Part shown: in pieces, positions 12,821 to 26,368 of the stretch
Numbering within the stretch: position 1 is the stretch's first letter
How the letters are laid out: each line of letters opens with the position of its first letter
Position numbers and translations under genes: made by a program
Source of the DNA: Octopus vulgaris
Taxonomy: Eukaryota
Length of the DNA: 64,000 nt
NCBI GenBank assembly: GCA_951406725.2
Contig: OX597830.1
Location: 16,616,001-16,680,000, forward strand
Direction of reading: 5' to 3'
Notes under the pieces: generated by a model
Told to the model about the DNA's origin: nothing
The model's database searches: none
Seen by the model: the letters and a program-made list of their open reading frames with translations, nothing else

Positions 12821-13191
12821 TGGAAGACAGTGGGGAATAATATGTATGACTTAAATGTTTGGTTTCTGCTTAGTTACATATCTAGGAGTTGGTTATTGAT
12901 TTACTTATTGAATTTAGCTACCGATACTGTTGTATGTAGGGTAAATGTGCTTGAAAGTTATGGTTTCTTTGTTATGTTTGTTCCCAGACAACACTTATTT
13001 TAGTGCTGTTGACACCATCGGATTGAGTAGTACTGCCCAAGTGTCAAAACCATAATAGTATCTGTAAGACAGCTAATGATGTAGGTATGTGTTGGATTGT
13101 TGGTATGGCTGTGTTTGTATATGTGGAATAGTATTATAACACATACTTTTGATGTGTGTGTGTGTATGTATATATATATATATATATATAT

Positions 13192-14130
13192 ATTACAACA
13201 GTCTTGTCCAGGCTAATGCTGAATCCAAATGCCCTGCAAGAAGCAGAAATGCAATTCATGAGTATTTGCATGCCATCCACTGTATGAGTGACTAAGTCAC
13301 AGTCATCTGTATAAAGGAGGTCACGAATAATAGGCTGGGAAACCTTTGAATTGGCAGAAAATCGGCGAAGATTAAAGAGGCGGCCAGAAGATCAATATCT
13401 GACATATATTCCCAGAGAGCTAACCTTAGCAAAAGCATGAGTAAAAACAGCAGCAAAGTACAAAGAAAAGAGAGTTGGGGCAAGGATGTCACCCTGCTTG
13501 ACACCATTCTCTACAGGAATGAGTCCCACCATGGCACCACCAACATTGACCCAAGCCTCCATCCCATCATGAAATGATTTAATTATAGATACAAAGTGAT
13601 CCGGACATCCAAATTTGCCAAGTATTTTCCATAGAAAGGCCCTATTTACAGTATCAAAGGCCTTTGTTAAATCAATGAATACCTGGACAAGATCCATATT
13701 CTGCTCATAGCACTTCTTCTGCATCTGTCTTGCTGTGAAAATCATATCCATTGTCCCTCTACCAGATTGGAAGCCACATTGAGATTCAGATAGGACATCA
13801 TTTACGAGACACCCATTTGGACGGACAAGACTGTTGTAATTTCCTGCACCAGGAAATCCATATATGGAACCAGCTATCTTGGTTGAAGGAACAATTCTGA
13901 AGATAGTAGACAAGTTTGTCTACCTGGGCAGCACACTCAGCCGTTCTTGCTACTTGGATGAGGAAATATCTTTCAGGTTGCAGAGAGCAACTGATTCTTT
14001 CTGGTCTCTTTAGTCTCGTGTCTGGTCCCAACATGGCATCGCAAGGCAAACAAAAGTTGCTGTGTACCGTGCATGTGTACTGTCATCGCTCCTCTACTCA
14101 TGTGAGACATGGACTCTGTACAAGCATGCC
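13192..14130. mobile_element. RTE-clade LINE reverse transcriptase fragment with an internal inversion
   Basis: Minus 13192-13820: ESQCGFQSGRGTMDMIF...FIDLTKAFDTVNR...GVKQGDILAPTLFSLY...DDCDL...FGFSISLDKTVV. Plus 13823-14130 continues KTVV...VDKFVYLGSTLS...VYRACVLSSLLYSCETWTLY. Confidence 0.9.
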
Positions 14131-14477
14131 TCCACCCATTCTTTATTAGCTATATACATTAGTGTTGCAGCTCCACATCACTTAATTCATTAACTATTTA
14201 CTGAGAGCATTTTATGGTTTTATTTCTTGAATTTAATTAATTGGAATATATATTTCTTTATTGCCCACAAGGGGCTAAACATAGCGGGGACAAACAAGGA
14301 CAGACAAACGGATTAAGTCGATTATATCGACACCAGTGCGAAACTGGTACTTTATTTATCGACCCCGAAAGGATGAAAGGCAAAGTCAACCTCAGCGGAA
14401 TTTGAACTCACAACGTAACGACAGATGAAATACAGCTAAGCATATATTCCACTTATACATCCAAATTCTGTATTTAA

Positions 14478-14698
14478 CCCATTAACATTTAAACAGGCCA
14501 TATCCAGCCGAAATATTCAGTCCTGTTGTATCTTCAAACTGGCCAGACCCAGCCTCTTGCACTTTTCCTAGAATATTATTCTGAAAATAAACAATCATGT
14601 CATTGAGATCTCAAAGTTACAAGGCAATACATGACTAATACTAATCAATGTGAATAAACAAGCATTGTGTTTGATAAAGTGATTTGAATGCCAAAGAA
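14478..14698 (-). mobile_element. TTAA-flanked (piggyBac-like) MITE, degenerate copy of 32389-32607
   Basis: TTAA-CCC start; reverse-complement similarity to the 32389 copy (TTTAAAC.GGCCATATCC.G, TTCAAACTG.CCAGA). Confidence 0.65.
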
Positions 14699-15451
14699 TT
14701 AATACATCTTTGTCAGGTCTTTTACTTCACAACTGAGTTTTCTGGTGGGATTTTTTATCTTGACAAAATGATTGACAAGCTCAAAATGAGTTTCTATTCA
14801 TTTCATCCAATTCCTCTTTCAGTTCTTTCAAAAGAGTGACTAATCATAGGCCATGTTGCACATGTAAAATAGTACCATGCTATTATTACTGTCCCATTGG
14901 TGGAGTTGGCTATCAAAGCATACAATGAGTTTAGGTTGCAGAAAGAGGATCTATCTGAGAGCTAAATTCATGCTTTTATATATGTTTGTTTGATATGCCC
15001 AACTCTGTTCCATATTTATCATGTAGATGTGTGTGTTTATATAATATCATGTTTATATAATATCATCATCATCATCATCATCATCATTTAACATCCGTTT
15101 TCCATGCTGGCATGGGTTGGACAATTTGACTAGAGGTGGTAAGGCCAGGAGCAACACCAGGCTCCATTGTCTGTACCGTCATGGTTTCTATGGCTGGATG
15201 TCCTTTCTAACACCAACTACTTCACAGTGCTTTTACCATGACACCAGCACCGCTTTCAATACTGCTGTGGTGGATAGGTCCAATATATATATATATATGT
15301 ATATTGTCGTTATTATCATCATCTAACATCCATGTACCATGTTGACACTCTGGCACGTGCTGGACAGTTCATGAGGATTTGAAGAGTCTAAAAACAGCAT
15401 TGTGCTCCTGTATCTGCTTTGGCATGGTTTCTGGATGCTCTTCTTAACACC

Positions 15452-16582
15452 TAGCACGCTGGGCGAAATGCTTAGCGGTATTTCGTCTGCCGCTACGTTC
15501 CGAGTTCAAATTCCACCGAGGTTGACTTTGCTTTTCATCCTTTCGGAGTCGATAAATTAAGTACCAGTTACACACTGGGGGTCGATGTAATCGACTTGAT
15601 CTGTTTGTCTGTCTTTGTTTGTCCCCTCTGTGTTTAGCCTCTTGTGGGTAATAAAGAAATAAGTATTTTGTCTGTCTTTACGTTCTGAGTTCAAATTCCG
15701 CCGAGGTTGACTTTGCTTTTTATCCTTTCTGGGTCAATAAATTAAGTACCAGTTTCACACCGGGGTTGATGTAATCGACTTGATCCGTTTGTCTGTCTTT
15801 GTTTGTCCCTTCTGTGTTTAGCCCCTTGTGGGTAGTAAAGAAAAAGGTATTTCGTCTGTCTTTACATTCCGAGTTCAAATTCCGCCGAGGTTGACTTTGC
15901 TTTTCATCCTTTCGGGGTCGATAAATCAAGTACCAGTTATGCACTATGGTCGATGTAATCGACTTGATCCGTTTGTCTGTCTTTGTTTGTCCCTTCTATG
16001 TTTAGCCCCTTGTGGGTAGTAAAGAAATAGGTATTCCGTCTGTCTTTACGTTCTGAGTTCAAATTCCGCCGAGGTTGACTTTGCTTTTCATCCTTTCGGG
16101 GTCGATAAATTAAGTACCAGTTACGCACTGGGGTTGATGTAATCGACTTAATCCATTTGTCTGTCCTTGTTTGTCCCCTCTATGTTTAGCCTCTTGTGAG
16201 TCATAAAGAAATAGGTATTTCGTCTGTCTTTACATTCCGAGTTCAAATTCCGCTGAGGTTGACTTTGCTTTCCATCCTTTCGGGGTCGATAAATTAAGTA
16301 CCAGTTACGCACTGGGGTTGATGTAATCGACTTAATCTATTTGTCTGTCCTTGTTTGTCCCCTCTATGTTTAGCCCCTTGTGGGTAGTAAAGAAATAGGT
16401 ATTTCGTCTGTCTTTACGTTCTGAGTTCAAATTCCACCTAGGTTGACTTTGCTTTTCATCCTTTCGAGGTCGATAAATTAACTACCAGTTACACACTGGG
16501 GTCGATGTAATTGACTTAATCCCTTTGTCTGTCCTTGTTTGTCTCTTCTATGTTTAGCCCCTTGTGGGCAATAAAGAAATAA
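15452..16582 (+). repeat. Tandem array of six 184-bp type-A SINE bodies
   Basis: GTATTTCGTCTG-like starts recur at ~15478, 15663, 15847, 16031, 16215, 16399. Confidence 0.9.
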
Positions 16583-17076
16583 GTATGTGCTGGATGCCTT
16601 TTTCATGCCAACAGCACTGCTGAGATTGTCATGCAGCTCACAAAACAACGAGGCCTGAGGAAGGAGAGTGACATTAAGCTAGAGGACAAGAAGGTTGGGG
16701 ACAGAACAGGTTCTTGTCGAGGTGTTGCATGGCTGTTCATGTTCAGAAGAGAGGGAGAGAATGGTCAGGATGAGGTGTATAGAGATAAATAGTGGAGATG
16801 GAGTGTGCAGGTGGACCCACAAGGTATGGTATGAATGGAGGTGTGGGGTGGAGCACAAGATTGTATGGAAAGCAGGAGAAGAAAGAGTGGGAAGGTAGAC
16901 TGCAACTGTAAACATTGGGTGGCATTGAAGGGTGGATGGCCAGTGAGTCATGAGCTGAGGAAGATAGAGAAATGTAGAAGAGAGCAGGATGAGGAAGTAA
17001 CAAGAGATGGGCTTCTGTTGGTGGCCTGCAGAACTTTTAGCTGCATGGAACAGAAGAATCAAACTGTTTTGAATAA

Positions 17077-17112
<36 letters not shown>

Positions 17113-17113
<1 letters not shown>

Positions 17114-17322
17114 TTTATTTAAAGCAGCAGAAAATTCAACAAAACCTGTTACTCTGAGTTTCCCATTGCCGTTCATTTGCTAGCTAGCAAATGAACGGCA
17201 ACGGGAAACTCAGAGTAACAGGTTTTGTTGAATTTTCTGCTGCTTTAAATAAAGCATATTACTCTACCACTGGTATTTGAGTACTCTTTTTCCACCTTGT
17301 TTCACATTTATGTGTTTACTCC

Positions 17323-17325
<3 letters not shown>
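17113..17325. mobile_element. Penelope-like terminal fragment forming a 142-bp spacerless palindrome (17113-17254), carrying the 3' half of an HHR
   Basis: 71-bp arms with 1 mismatch, centre GCTAG|CTAGC; GAAA-CTC-A-GAG-TA-ACAG at 17205-17221; flanked by (TA)n. Confidence 0.75.
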
Positions 17326-17371
<46 letters not shown>

Positions 17372-17413
17372 TGTTATATTTCGAAATGGTCATTTTATAT
17401 ATATATATATATA

Positions 17414-17825
17414 CGCAAATAAGAAAATGGCGGAGAACAATAGGTGGTTCATCAACTTTTTGACATTAAAATGTTAACTTATTTATTTATTAAACTGATA
17501 ATTATAATTAATAACATACATACATATAGCATAAATATTAATTCTTTAATATAAGTATCCTCAGGTGGGATAGGTATGTTCTTCAGTGACGAGTCCATCT
17601 TTATGAACCCCATTTTTCCAACAGTATTCATTTTGAGGGTCTGGACTCGTCATTAAAGGACATACCTATCCTACCCAAGGATACTTATATTAAAGAATTA
17701 ATATTTATGCTATATGTATGTATGTTGTTAATTATAATTATCAGTTTAATAAATAAATAAGTGAACATTTTAATGTCCAAAAGTTGATGAACCACCTATT
17801 GTTCTCTGCCATTTTCTTATTTGCG
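17414..17825. repeat. Long inverted repeat (~184-bp arms, ~44-bp spacer), related to the 7815-8160 element
   Basis: AATAAGAAAATGGCGGAGAACAATAGGTGGTTCATCAACTTTT... and its reverse complement. Confidence 0.85.
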
Positions 17826-18765
17826 ATATTAATTAATGGTAAAATATCTCTTTACCTTCATCCATTTAGTACACTGGGTAATGTAATTGCAATGCAATAA
17901 AAAACACTTGCGTATTAATAACTGGGTATTCTACCAGCAGTATATTGGATAGATATTATCCCTTACTTGGTTGGATTCACACCCCTAACTTTCTTGGAGT
18001 TATATATATGTGTATATACATATATAATGAGTGTTTATGAAGTTTTGAATGGAAAGAGGGTAGCTCTTTTACGGGGATGGATATTATCCAAGCAAACACC
18101 GGTTTAGCTCCATGTCAATTAATATACTTTGGATTTCATTAATTTGTGTTCATATTAGTGTTAGCACTAATGATGTACCAGTTGTAGTTATAAACATTTT
18201 CATCCATTTGATATAAGAGAACAGAATTTTAATAGTATAATATATAGAAATTGGAGGGTTTGAACACAGAAAAAAAAAATCAATTTATTTATATGATTGT
18301 CAATTTCATATTGCCTACATACATTTCAATTCCTTACTTTCATTGATATTTTGCAATTAAGATTGCATTATGCATTTAAAAGGTAGAAATCTCTTCAGGG
18401 CAAAAATTGACATTTTCCTTTCATGGCAATAAAATTATGAAGGCTTTCTGATTACTATGCATAAAATACAAAATATGTTTTTTTGGGGCAGATTAATTAG
18501 GCATAATTCGACCCTGCTTTTCAATCTCAGTATTTAAGCTACACATAGTACTGCTGTAGTACTTGTGCTGTGTACATTCCTACAATGCTTTCTTTGCATA
18601 CTATAAAGGCAGAAGTAAATCTGCCTACAACTCAGTCACGTACTTGTGTTTTGCTTATTTTCTGTGTGTTTTACTATATAAATGTCACCAACTGTCTACC
18701 CTGAGTAATTACTGACAGCACATGCCTGATATATACATATATATAATTATATATATCTAGATATA

Positions 18766-21405
18766 TCTATACATATATAAATGCAAGTCTGTTTGGTTGT
18801 CTGTTTGGATATCTCTTTGTGTCAAGTTGCCGTCGACACTCATTAATGAATTTTCGTGAAACTTTGCAAACATGTTAAACTAACATCCAGTTTCTTACTA
18901 GACTCATAGAAATTTAATAAAAATCTATAATTGGATGGCTAGGGCCTCTCGAAGGGGTTCACATATAACCCATATATTTTCCTTTAACAGCCAAGGGAAA
19001 TAACCCATTCATTTTCTTTTGTTCATCCTGCAGTGCATCAAACGGATGGATGACTCACAAAACCAGCATGGCAGAGGACATCTGACAAAGGATTCAAAGG
19101 TAAACCTCAGCGGAAATTGGCATGTTCAATAACGCCATTTACAACGAGGCATTACTTGACCTGGACACCTAAGTGCAAGCTATGGGAGATCAAGGCATTG
19201 TCATGCTTGGTCTGCCTCGACTGGAGCAGGCCGCAAACAATTTCACAATTGAGTACCTGTGAGAAATCAGCTATGACATCGAGGAAATGATGGCGTATAT
19301 AGCTGATAATGAACACAAACTGATGGAGGACCAACTAGGTGTTTATAAGACCATTATTTCAAGCATTGAAAGTGAAAGAGGTCTTGTCTTTCTGGATGCT
19401 CCAGATGGAACTGGCAAGACATTTGTCATCAACCTTCTTCTGGCTAAACTGCACCAAATGAAACATTGCCATAGCAATGGCATCAAGTGGAATATCTGCA
19501 ACTCTGCTAAGTGGTGGCTGCACAGCTCATTCCTGTTCAAACTCCCTTTGAACCTGTCCAAGAAAGAAAAGGCAAACTGCTACATCAGTCATGGTTCTAT
19601 AAAAGGTAAACTTCTGGTTGAATGCAGGTTGATCATCTGGGATGAAGCGACTATGAGCCATAAGGTTTCCTTTGAAGCTCTTGACATGGCCTTTCAAGAT
19701 CTGAGACACAACACCGGGCTCATGGGAGGTGCCACAGTCTTGCTTGCAGGAGACTTTAGACAAACCCTTCTTGTGGTTCCAAAGGGGACAAGAGCTGATA
19801 AGGTAAATGCCAGCATAAAGTCGCCCTACATATGGAGCAGCGTGCAAAAGCTGAGACTCACAACCAACAGTGGTGATGATGATGCAGATGGAACCGTTCC
19901 AAAGCAATTGTAGGATGTTGGTAATGACACTTTGGTTGGCAAGAAGGATGGCCAGCTGGCAGAATCATTAGCATGACGGGCGAAATGCTCAGCGGTATTT
20001 CGTCTGCCGCTACGTTCTGAGTTCAAATTCCGCTGAGGTCAACTTTGCCTTTCATCCTTTCAGGGTTGATAAATTAAGTACCAGTTACGCACTGGAGTTG
20101 ATATAATCGACTTAATCCCTTTCTCTGTCCCCTCTATGTTTAACCCCTTGTGGGCAATAAAGAAATAAGAAGGATGGCCAGCTAAACTAAGGAGAAATCA
20201 GTTTACAGACCACAACTGGCTGAAAACTCATGTCATTTTAGCTCCAAAGAATGTGACAGTTGTTGATTTGAACATCAAATTTCTGGAACAGTTGCTAGGT
20301 GAGTGTCACATCTACAATTCTGTTGACACTGTACTCGGCATCGATGAAGCTGTGAATTATCCAGTTGAATTCTCGAATGGTCTAACACCACCCAACCTCC
20401 CACCTTACAACTTGCACCTCAAGATTAGGGCACCAGTTATGCAGCTTTGAAGCCTTAATCCACCAAATCCTTGCAATGACACATGATTTATGATAAAGAA
20501 GATGATGCCAACAGTCTTGGAGACAACAATTTTGACTGGTAAAGCAAGTGGTGAGCTTGTATTCATTCCTAGAATTCCACTAATTTCCCTCAGATATGCC
20601 TTTCCCATACAATTCCCATTGAAACTGACCTTTACAAAGAGCATCAAGAAGGCCCAGGGGCAGTCCTTGGATGTGAAAGGTCTGAACCTTGCAGAACCAG
20701 TTTTCTCCCAAGGCCAACTTTATGTGGGATGCTCAAGAGTCGGCAGTCCTAGTCATTTGTTTATTTATGCCCCATGAGGAAAGAGCAAAAATGTTGTTTA
20801 CCAAGAAGCTCTGCAACTTTAATAAAATGTAATGATAATCTACATGTTATTTCATTTTAAAATCTATATGCAAATTTGTTTGTATGTCTACTGTAAAACT
20901 AAATGAAGATCTGTTTCTACATCCCTTGTAAATCTATTTCAACACTAGCATCCTTAAGGGTTATATTCTCTGGGAATGCACAAAAGCCCTTTTCAGAGTT
21001 ATTTACTTTGAATTATTATTATCTCATATGCGATTAACCTGTTATTACGCAACATGCTTCACGATTTTGGTATACATACCTTATTGGTATTTCCTCCTAG
21101 TTCTGTATACTCTGGGAATGCATTAAACTTCTTTTCAGGGCTACTTTATTTGAATTCTTTACTATCAGGTAACTAATTTCATGTTATTATGTAACTGACT
21201 TCACAATATGGGTATTCATAACTTATTGAGATTTCCTTAAAACAACATCCTATGTAAGACAGTTTGGTATTTTCTGTAAATATACAAAAACCGTTTTAAG
21301 GGCTACATACTTTGTATTGTTGTTATTGGATTAGCGAAACAATTATGATAACGGAACCAAAAGATAAGCCCTGCTTTTCCAGGAATTACCGGGTATGTCA
21401 CCTAG
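18766..21405 (+). mobile_element. Decayed Helitron with PIF1-type helicase remnants, a nested SINE and ~150-bp internal repeats
   Basis: A|TC start, CTAG|T end. Motifs FLDAPDGTGKTF, LIIWDEATM, LLAGDFRQTL, LKLTFTKSIKKAQGQSL, FSQGQLYVGCSRV. SINE at 19955-20166 with TSD AAGAAGGATGGCCAGCT. Confidence 0.9.
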
Positions 21406-22151
21406 TATTTATATATATTATATTTTGTGAAATTTGATTTAGTATTTCTAAATTGAATTTTTCCCTGTAAGTTAGGAATAATATTCCCTCAAATAATTAT
21501 TATATTTATATATAAATATATATACATGCATACATGTGTGCATGTATGTGTGTATATGTGTGTGTGTGTGTGTGTATTTATTTATTTATATTTATGTACA
21601 TAGAGAGAGAGGTGCATACACACTACTTGAACTGGAATATGCCAGTGGAATACTCAGCCACTTATGTGCTATTTCAATAAGCCTGATAGTTTAGTTAATC
21701 GAATAACTGAAAACTTATGGTCGGAAATTCTGATGTAGATCTATTTCATCTCTCTTCGTGTTCTGAGTTCAAATTCTGCCGAGGTCGACTTTGCCTTTCA
21801 TCCTTTCGGAGTCGATAAATTAAGTACCAGTTACGCACTGGGGTCAATGCAATCAAGTCACCTTTCTCAAAATGACTGCCCTTGTTGCAAAATTCGAAAC
21901 CCTTATAATTGAATATAAAAAACAGGCATGGCTGTGTTTTAAGAAGCTTGCTTCCCAACCACATGGTTCTGGGTTCAGCCCCGCTGCATGACACCTTGGG
22001 CAAGTGTCTCTACTATAGCCTATGTACCTGTTCAGACAATGTTGATTTTATTTAGGGAGGGAGCTAACGTGTGACATGAACATTTGATCGCTATAAACAA
22101 ATCATTGTATTTGGTAGACAAAAAAAGAAAGAAGCCCGTCGTAAATATGTA

Positions 22152-22197
<46 letters not shown>

Positions 22198-23884
22198 TGT
22201 GTTTGTTCCCCTACGATCGCTTGACAACCGCTGTTGGTGTGTTTATGTCCCCATAACTTAGCGGTTCGGCCAAAAAAAAAAAACGATAGAATAAGTACTA
22301 GGCTTACAAAGAATAAGTCCTGGGGTCGATTTGTTCGACTATAGAGGCAGTGCTCCCGCATGGCCGCGGTCAAATGACTGAAACAAGTAAAAGAATATAT
22401 GTATATGTGTGTGTGTGTCTGTGTGTATGTACACACATACACGCACGCACGCGCGCGCGCGCACACACACGCACACACACACACATATGTATATACATTC
22501 TTAGAGGGAAAGAGCGTGTGCGCATGTTTGTATACATGCGTATATAGACAAACACACTTAAAATAATTATTTGCATATTGTATACTCTGCTCAGGTGCAG
22601 TACAATAACTAATTATATACGCTCACTGACATTAATACACACACACACACACATATATATATATATGTATAATACTGCATACTTCGATTAATATATGTGT
22701 GTGTATATATATATAATATCAGTGATCGTATATAGTTAGTTATTGTAGTGCACACCTGAGCGCACACACTCTCTTTACCTGTCTCTCTTGCACATCTTCA
22801 TACACGAGAATATACGCATATCAATTCGCATTTCTTCTCTTAATCAGGCGAGACGCACATGTTACTATACACACACACACACAAACACGCACGTATGCAA
22901 ACTATGTTTTTTTTGCCATTATTATTATTTTATTTTTAGAACATCCTGATGGAAAATAGAATAATTACATAATAATAATAATACTCTTGGGGTATTGTTT
23001 ATAAAAAAAAACATTATTTCGTTTTATTTTATTTTATTTTATTTTATTTTTATTCCGTCTGGCTTCTTTTTTTTTACAACATGGTAAGAAAATAAAGACC
23101 TTATCGACTAATGTTTACGTCTCTATTTATGTTGACAGAGTAAAGGATAGACTCAATTAGAGTGTTGTCCCGGTAGCAAACAATACAAAACGCGTCGGAA
23201 TTTCGACAAATACTCACTAATACATTGCTATACGCAGCACTTGTGATTTTATCAATGGTCTCTCTCTCTTTTCTCTTTCTCTCTCTCTTTCTTATAATGT
23301 TTATTTTATTATCTGATTTGTACAGCCATGACCTTAATTTCTCTCTTCTCAATGTACACTAACACACACACACACACACACAGACAGACACACACATAAA
23401 TATCAGACTGATATCAAAAAGCGGCGTGCCTCAGTATTTGATTTTACGTCGCCACCAGCACCACAAAGCCAACAGTAACGCCATATATGCATAAGCGCGC
23501 GTGCACACGCAAACACACACGCACACACATTAAGCGCGCGCGCACACACACACACACATATATATATACACACACACACATACGCACACATATACGCACC
23601 TACGCACACGTACATATATTACACACGCATACAAGCTCGTATACGCACACAAATACCTATATACATACACACACACACATATATATATATACATACGCAC
23701 ACATATTATACACGCATACAAGCTCGTATACGCACACATACACAAATACCTATATACATACATATATATATATATATACACACATATATATATATATATA
23801 TACGCACACGTACATATATTACGCACGCATACAAGCTCGTATACGCACACAAACACAAATACCTATACACACACACACACACAC

Positions 23885-23918
<34 letters not shown>

Positions 23919-25160
23919 ACACACGCACACTCATGCGTACACGTAAACAAACAGCTTGCACGCTTAATGAATATGAATTTATGTTCACTTAACGCAAAAT
24001 TGGTTTCAAATGCTGACATAATTATTATTATTATTAATCTCTATTTCTGTGTAAATTGTTTTTGTTTTTTTTTTGAAGGAAACACAACAAGACATAAGTG
24101 GAAAAAAAAACAGAGTTTGTTTGTTGTTCTCATCGAGCATTTACCGAATTGTTTATTCTACGTTCGCTTACGGGTGTGTATATATCATTGCGTGTGTCTT
24201 TGTACAAGTAATACATGTGTGTATACAGAATGTTAGTAAAAATGCTAATTAGAATACATTCATTAAGTATAATAATAGAAGCTATGGTAATCAACTGGTT
24301 ACTGAAATCCTCCAAAGCCGGTTGAAGCGGTTTTTTATTTTATTTATTGGTGTATTCTTCATTGACGTTTGATCTCACCCTGAACTGTTTATCTACCGTT
24401 CTTTGTGGTGACGGTTACTCAAGCTTTGCACCTTGGCACAGAATGTTTATTGTGTTCTACCAGCACTGGTTACAATGCAAAAGTAATTTGTTTATAAACA
24501 GTCAATCAAAACAGCTTACAAGTAAGAGATATTAATGTAATTAGTTAAACCACGCAGCTTCACCCAGACACCGACCGTTAATAATTGTTACTTCGCAGTT
24601 GGTTCGTAAAAGCAAAACAAAAAGCAAGATGTTTGTTATGACATATAAACTTGCTCGATTTAATTTTGGCCTCCAGTGCAACCAACAATTTCCCTGGGCT
24701 TCAATTGATATATATATATATTTATACAGGTTACCATCCCGACTGTAGACATTCACGAGTGAACACTACAGTAATTGCTGGTTCAGCTTCTTACTAACTG
24801 TTCTAGTAAATAATAAACATTTATAGCCGACTTCCGATCTAATTATATTGTTTATTAACGTCTGGGTGTTGGAGTTAGCTCAAACGGCAAGTGCTTGGGG
24901 CCAGATGTTTTTCGATATATTCCTTGGTGTCTCAGGCTTCCAAGTTCAACTCACGCTCTCCTATTATAATTCCATTCGTGGCTAGGAAGTGTCATAGGAA
25001 TATTAAATCGACTCAGTATTTGACTCGCACTTAATTTCATCAACTCCGAAATGATGTTAAGGGGATTTGAGCTCAGAATGTAAAAGGGGTGTTACAAAAT
25101 ACAAGCAGGTATTTTGACGGGCGATCTACCAATCTAATAATATTTATATGTTGTTATCAG

Positions 25161-25570
25161 GGATCTTTTCGGTTTGAACGGCAGTTTTTTAAAATAATTT
25201 CCACGTAACTAAACACTTTGAAACTTCGTATACTGGTAGAATGTGTTTATAAAACATTTTTTTCTCTTGGCTTTATTGAGAAAATTGTAGAGTTTGTAAG
25301 ATATTTGTTGTTTTTTTCTTCAATTTCTGCAATTTCAACCAATCAATGACGTCTATTGAGGTGAAAATATTCTGTGCCGTATGAATATGTCCCTCGTTTA
25401 AGAAACAGATTGGGTTTATTTACATTTGTGAAGAAAAAAAAGATACCCTTCCCCCACCCCTAATCCTAAAACAGATTGAAATGCAATAGATCGATACTAG
25501 GGTCATAATTATGGGTGACAATTTCATATGACACCTCTAGAAAAAACTGCCGTTCAAACCGAAAAGATCC
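25161..25570 (+). mobile_element. Merlin-like MITE copy 2
   Basis: Same TIRs; TSD GTTATCAG. Confidence 0.9.
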
Positions 25571-25959
25571 GTTATCAGCTCTTTGCAAGAGGAATTTTAA
25601 AAAAAGTACAAGTATATTTTGTCTCCTCAGTTGACAGCTCTAGAAAGAAAACCCCGTTTACATTCATCGTGCTTTTTTTTCGTATTTTTTTGTATGTCCC
25701 CCACCCAATCAGACGTGGCCGTGTGATAAGAAGCTTGCTTCCCAACCACATGGTTCTGCATTTAGTCCTACTGCACAGGCACACTCAAACAATTCTGTTG
25801 TCCACTGCCTTTGACTCGTATTTTATTTATTGACCCTGAAAGGATTAAAAGCAAAATAGGTCTTGGAGGGATTTGGGCTGCAGAGAAGAGAAACAAACAC
25901 CTCAAGGTATGCCACCCACCTCTAACACAATCCTGCCAATTTTATGTCCCCTGCTATAA

Positions 25960-26345
25960 TCATCAGCATCGAGATCCCTTAACTGATGCGGCCAGTCATT
26001 GGGGTGCCACTTTTAACACTTTCATAGTCAGCCGTTGCCATTGGTCTCTGTTCTATGTCCTGCTTAGCAGGTTTGCTGTGTTGTGACCTGTTCATCATTT
26101 TTTTGTCCTCCCTCAACTGTGCCTTGAAGAACGGTTTTGGCCAGGGAGTTGTGGAAGCTTACATGACCATACCAAGCAAGCTTTCATCTTTTTACCTGCA
26201 CAAGGGGTGGTTCCTGTCTGCCAGCATATTTGTTGAGTTGTTGCCCATCAAAGCTGTTCATTTTGTGCTCTGTGTATGGGATGTGCAGTAGCCTTCAGAA
26301 GCACTTATACTCAAATGTCTGGATTCTCCACTCCATATCAACTAT
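25960..26345 (-). mobile_element. RTE LINE 3' fragment
   Basis: RIQTFEYKCF*RLLHIPYTEH...KLAWYGHV...LAKTVLQGTVEGG. Confidence 0.8.
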
Positions 26346-26368
26346 AATACAACTAAAATCTCAAACTA

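Noticed and set aside
11790-13150. Possible decayed Penelope ORF
   Set aside because: No RT or GIY-YIG motif could be read with confidence.
17575-17655. HHR at the centre of the 17.4-17.8 kb hairpin (GTGACGAGTCC / CTGAAGA)
   Set aside because: No matching GAAA-helix III-NUH half.
19287-20777. Host PIF1 helicase gene
   Set aside because: Frameshifted, intronless and SINE-interrupted, inside TC...CTAG Helitron ends.
24728-24790. Pre-miRNA candidate ACTGTAG..TTCAC-GA-GTGAA..CTACAGT
   Set aside because: Stem too short with a large internal mismatch; no mature miRNA recognised.
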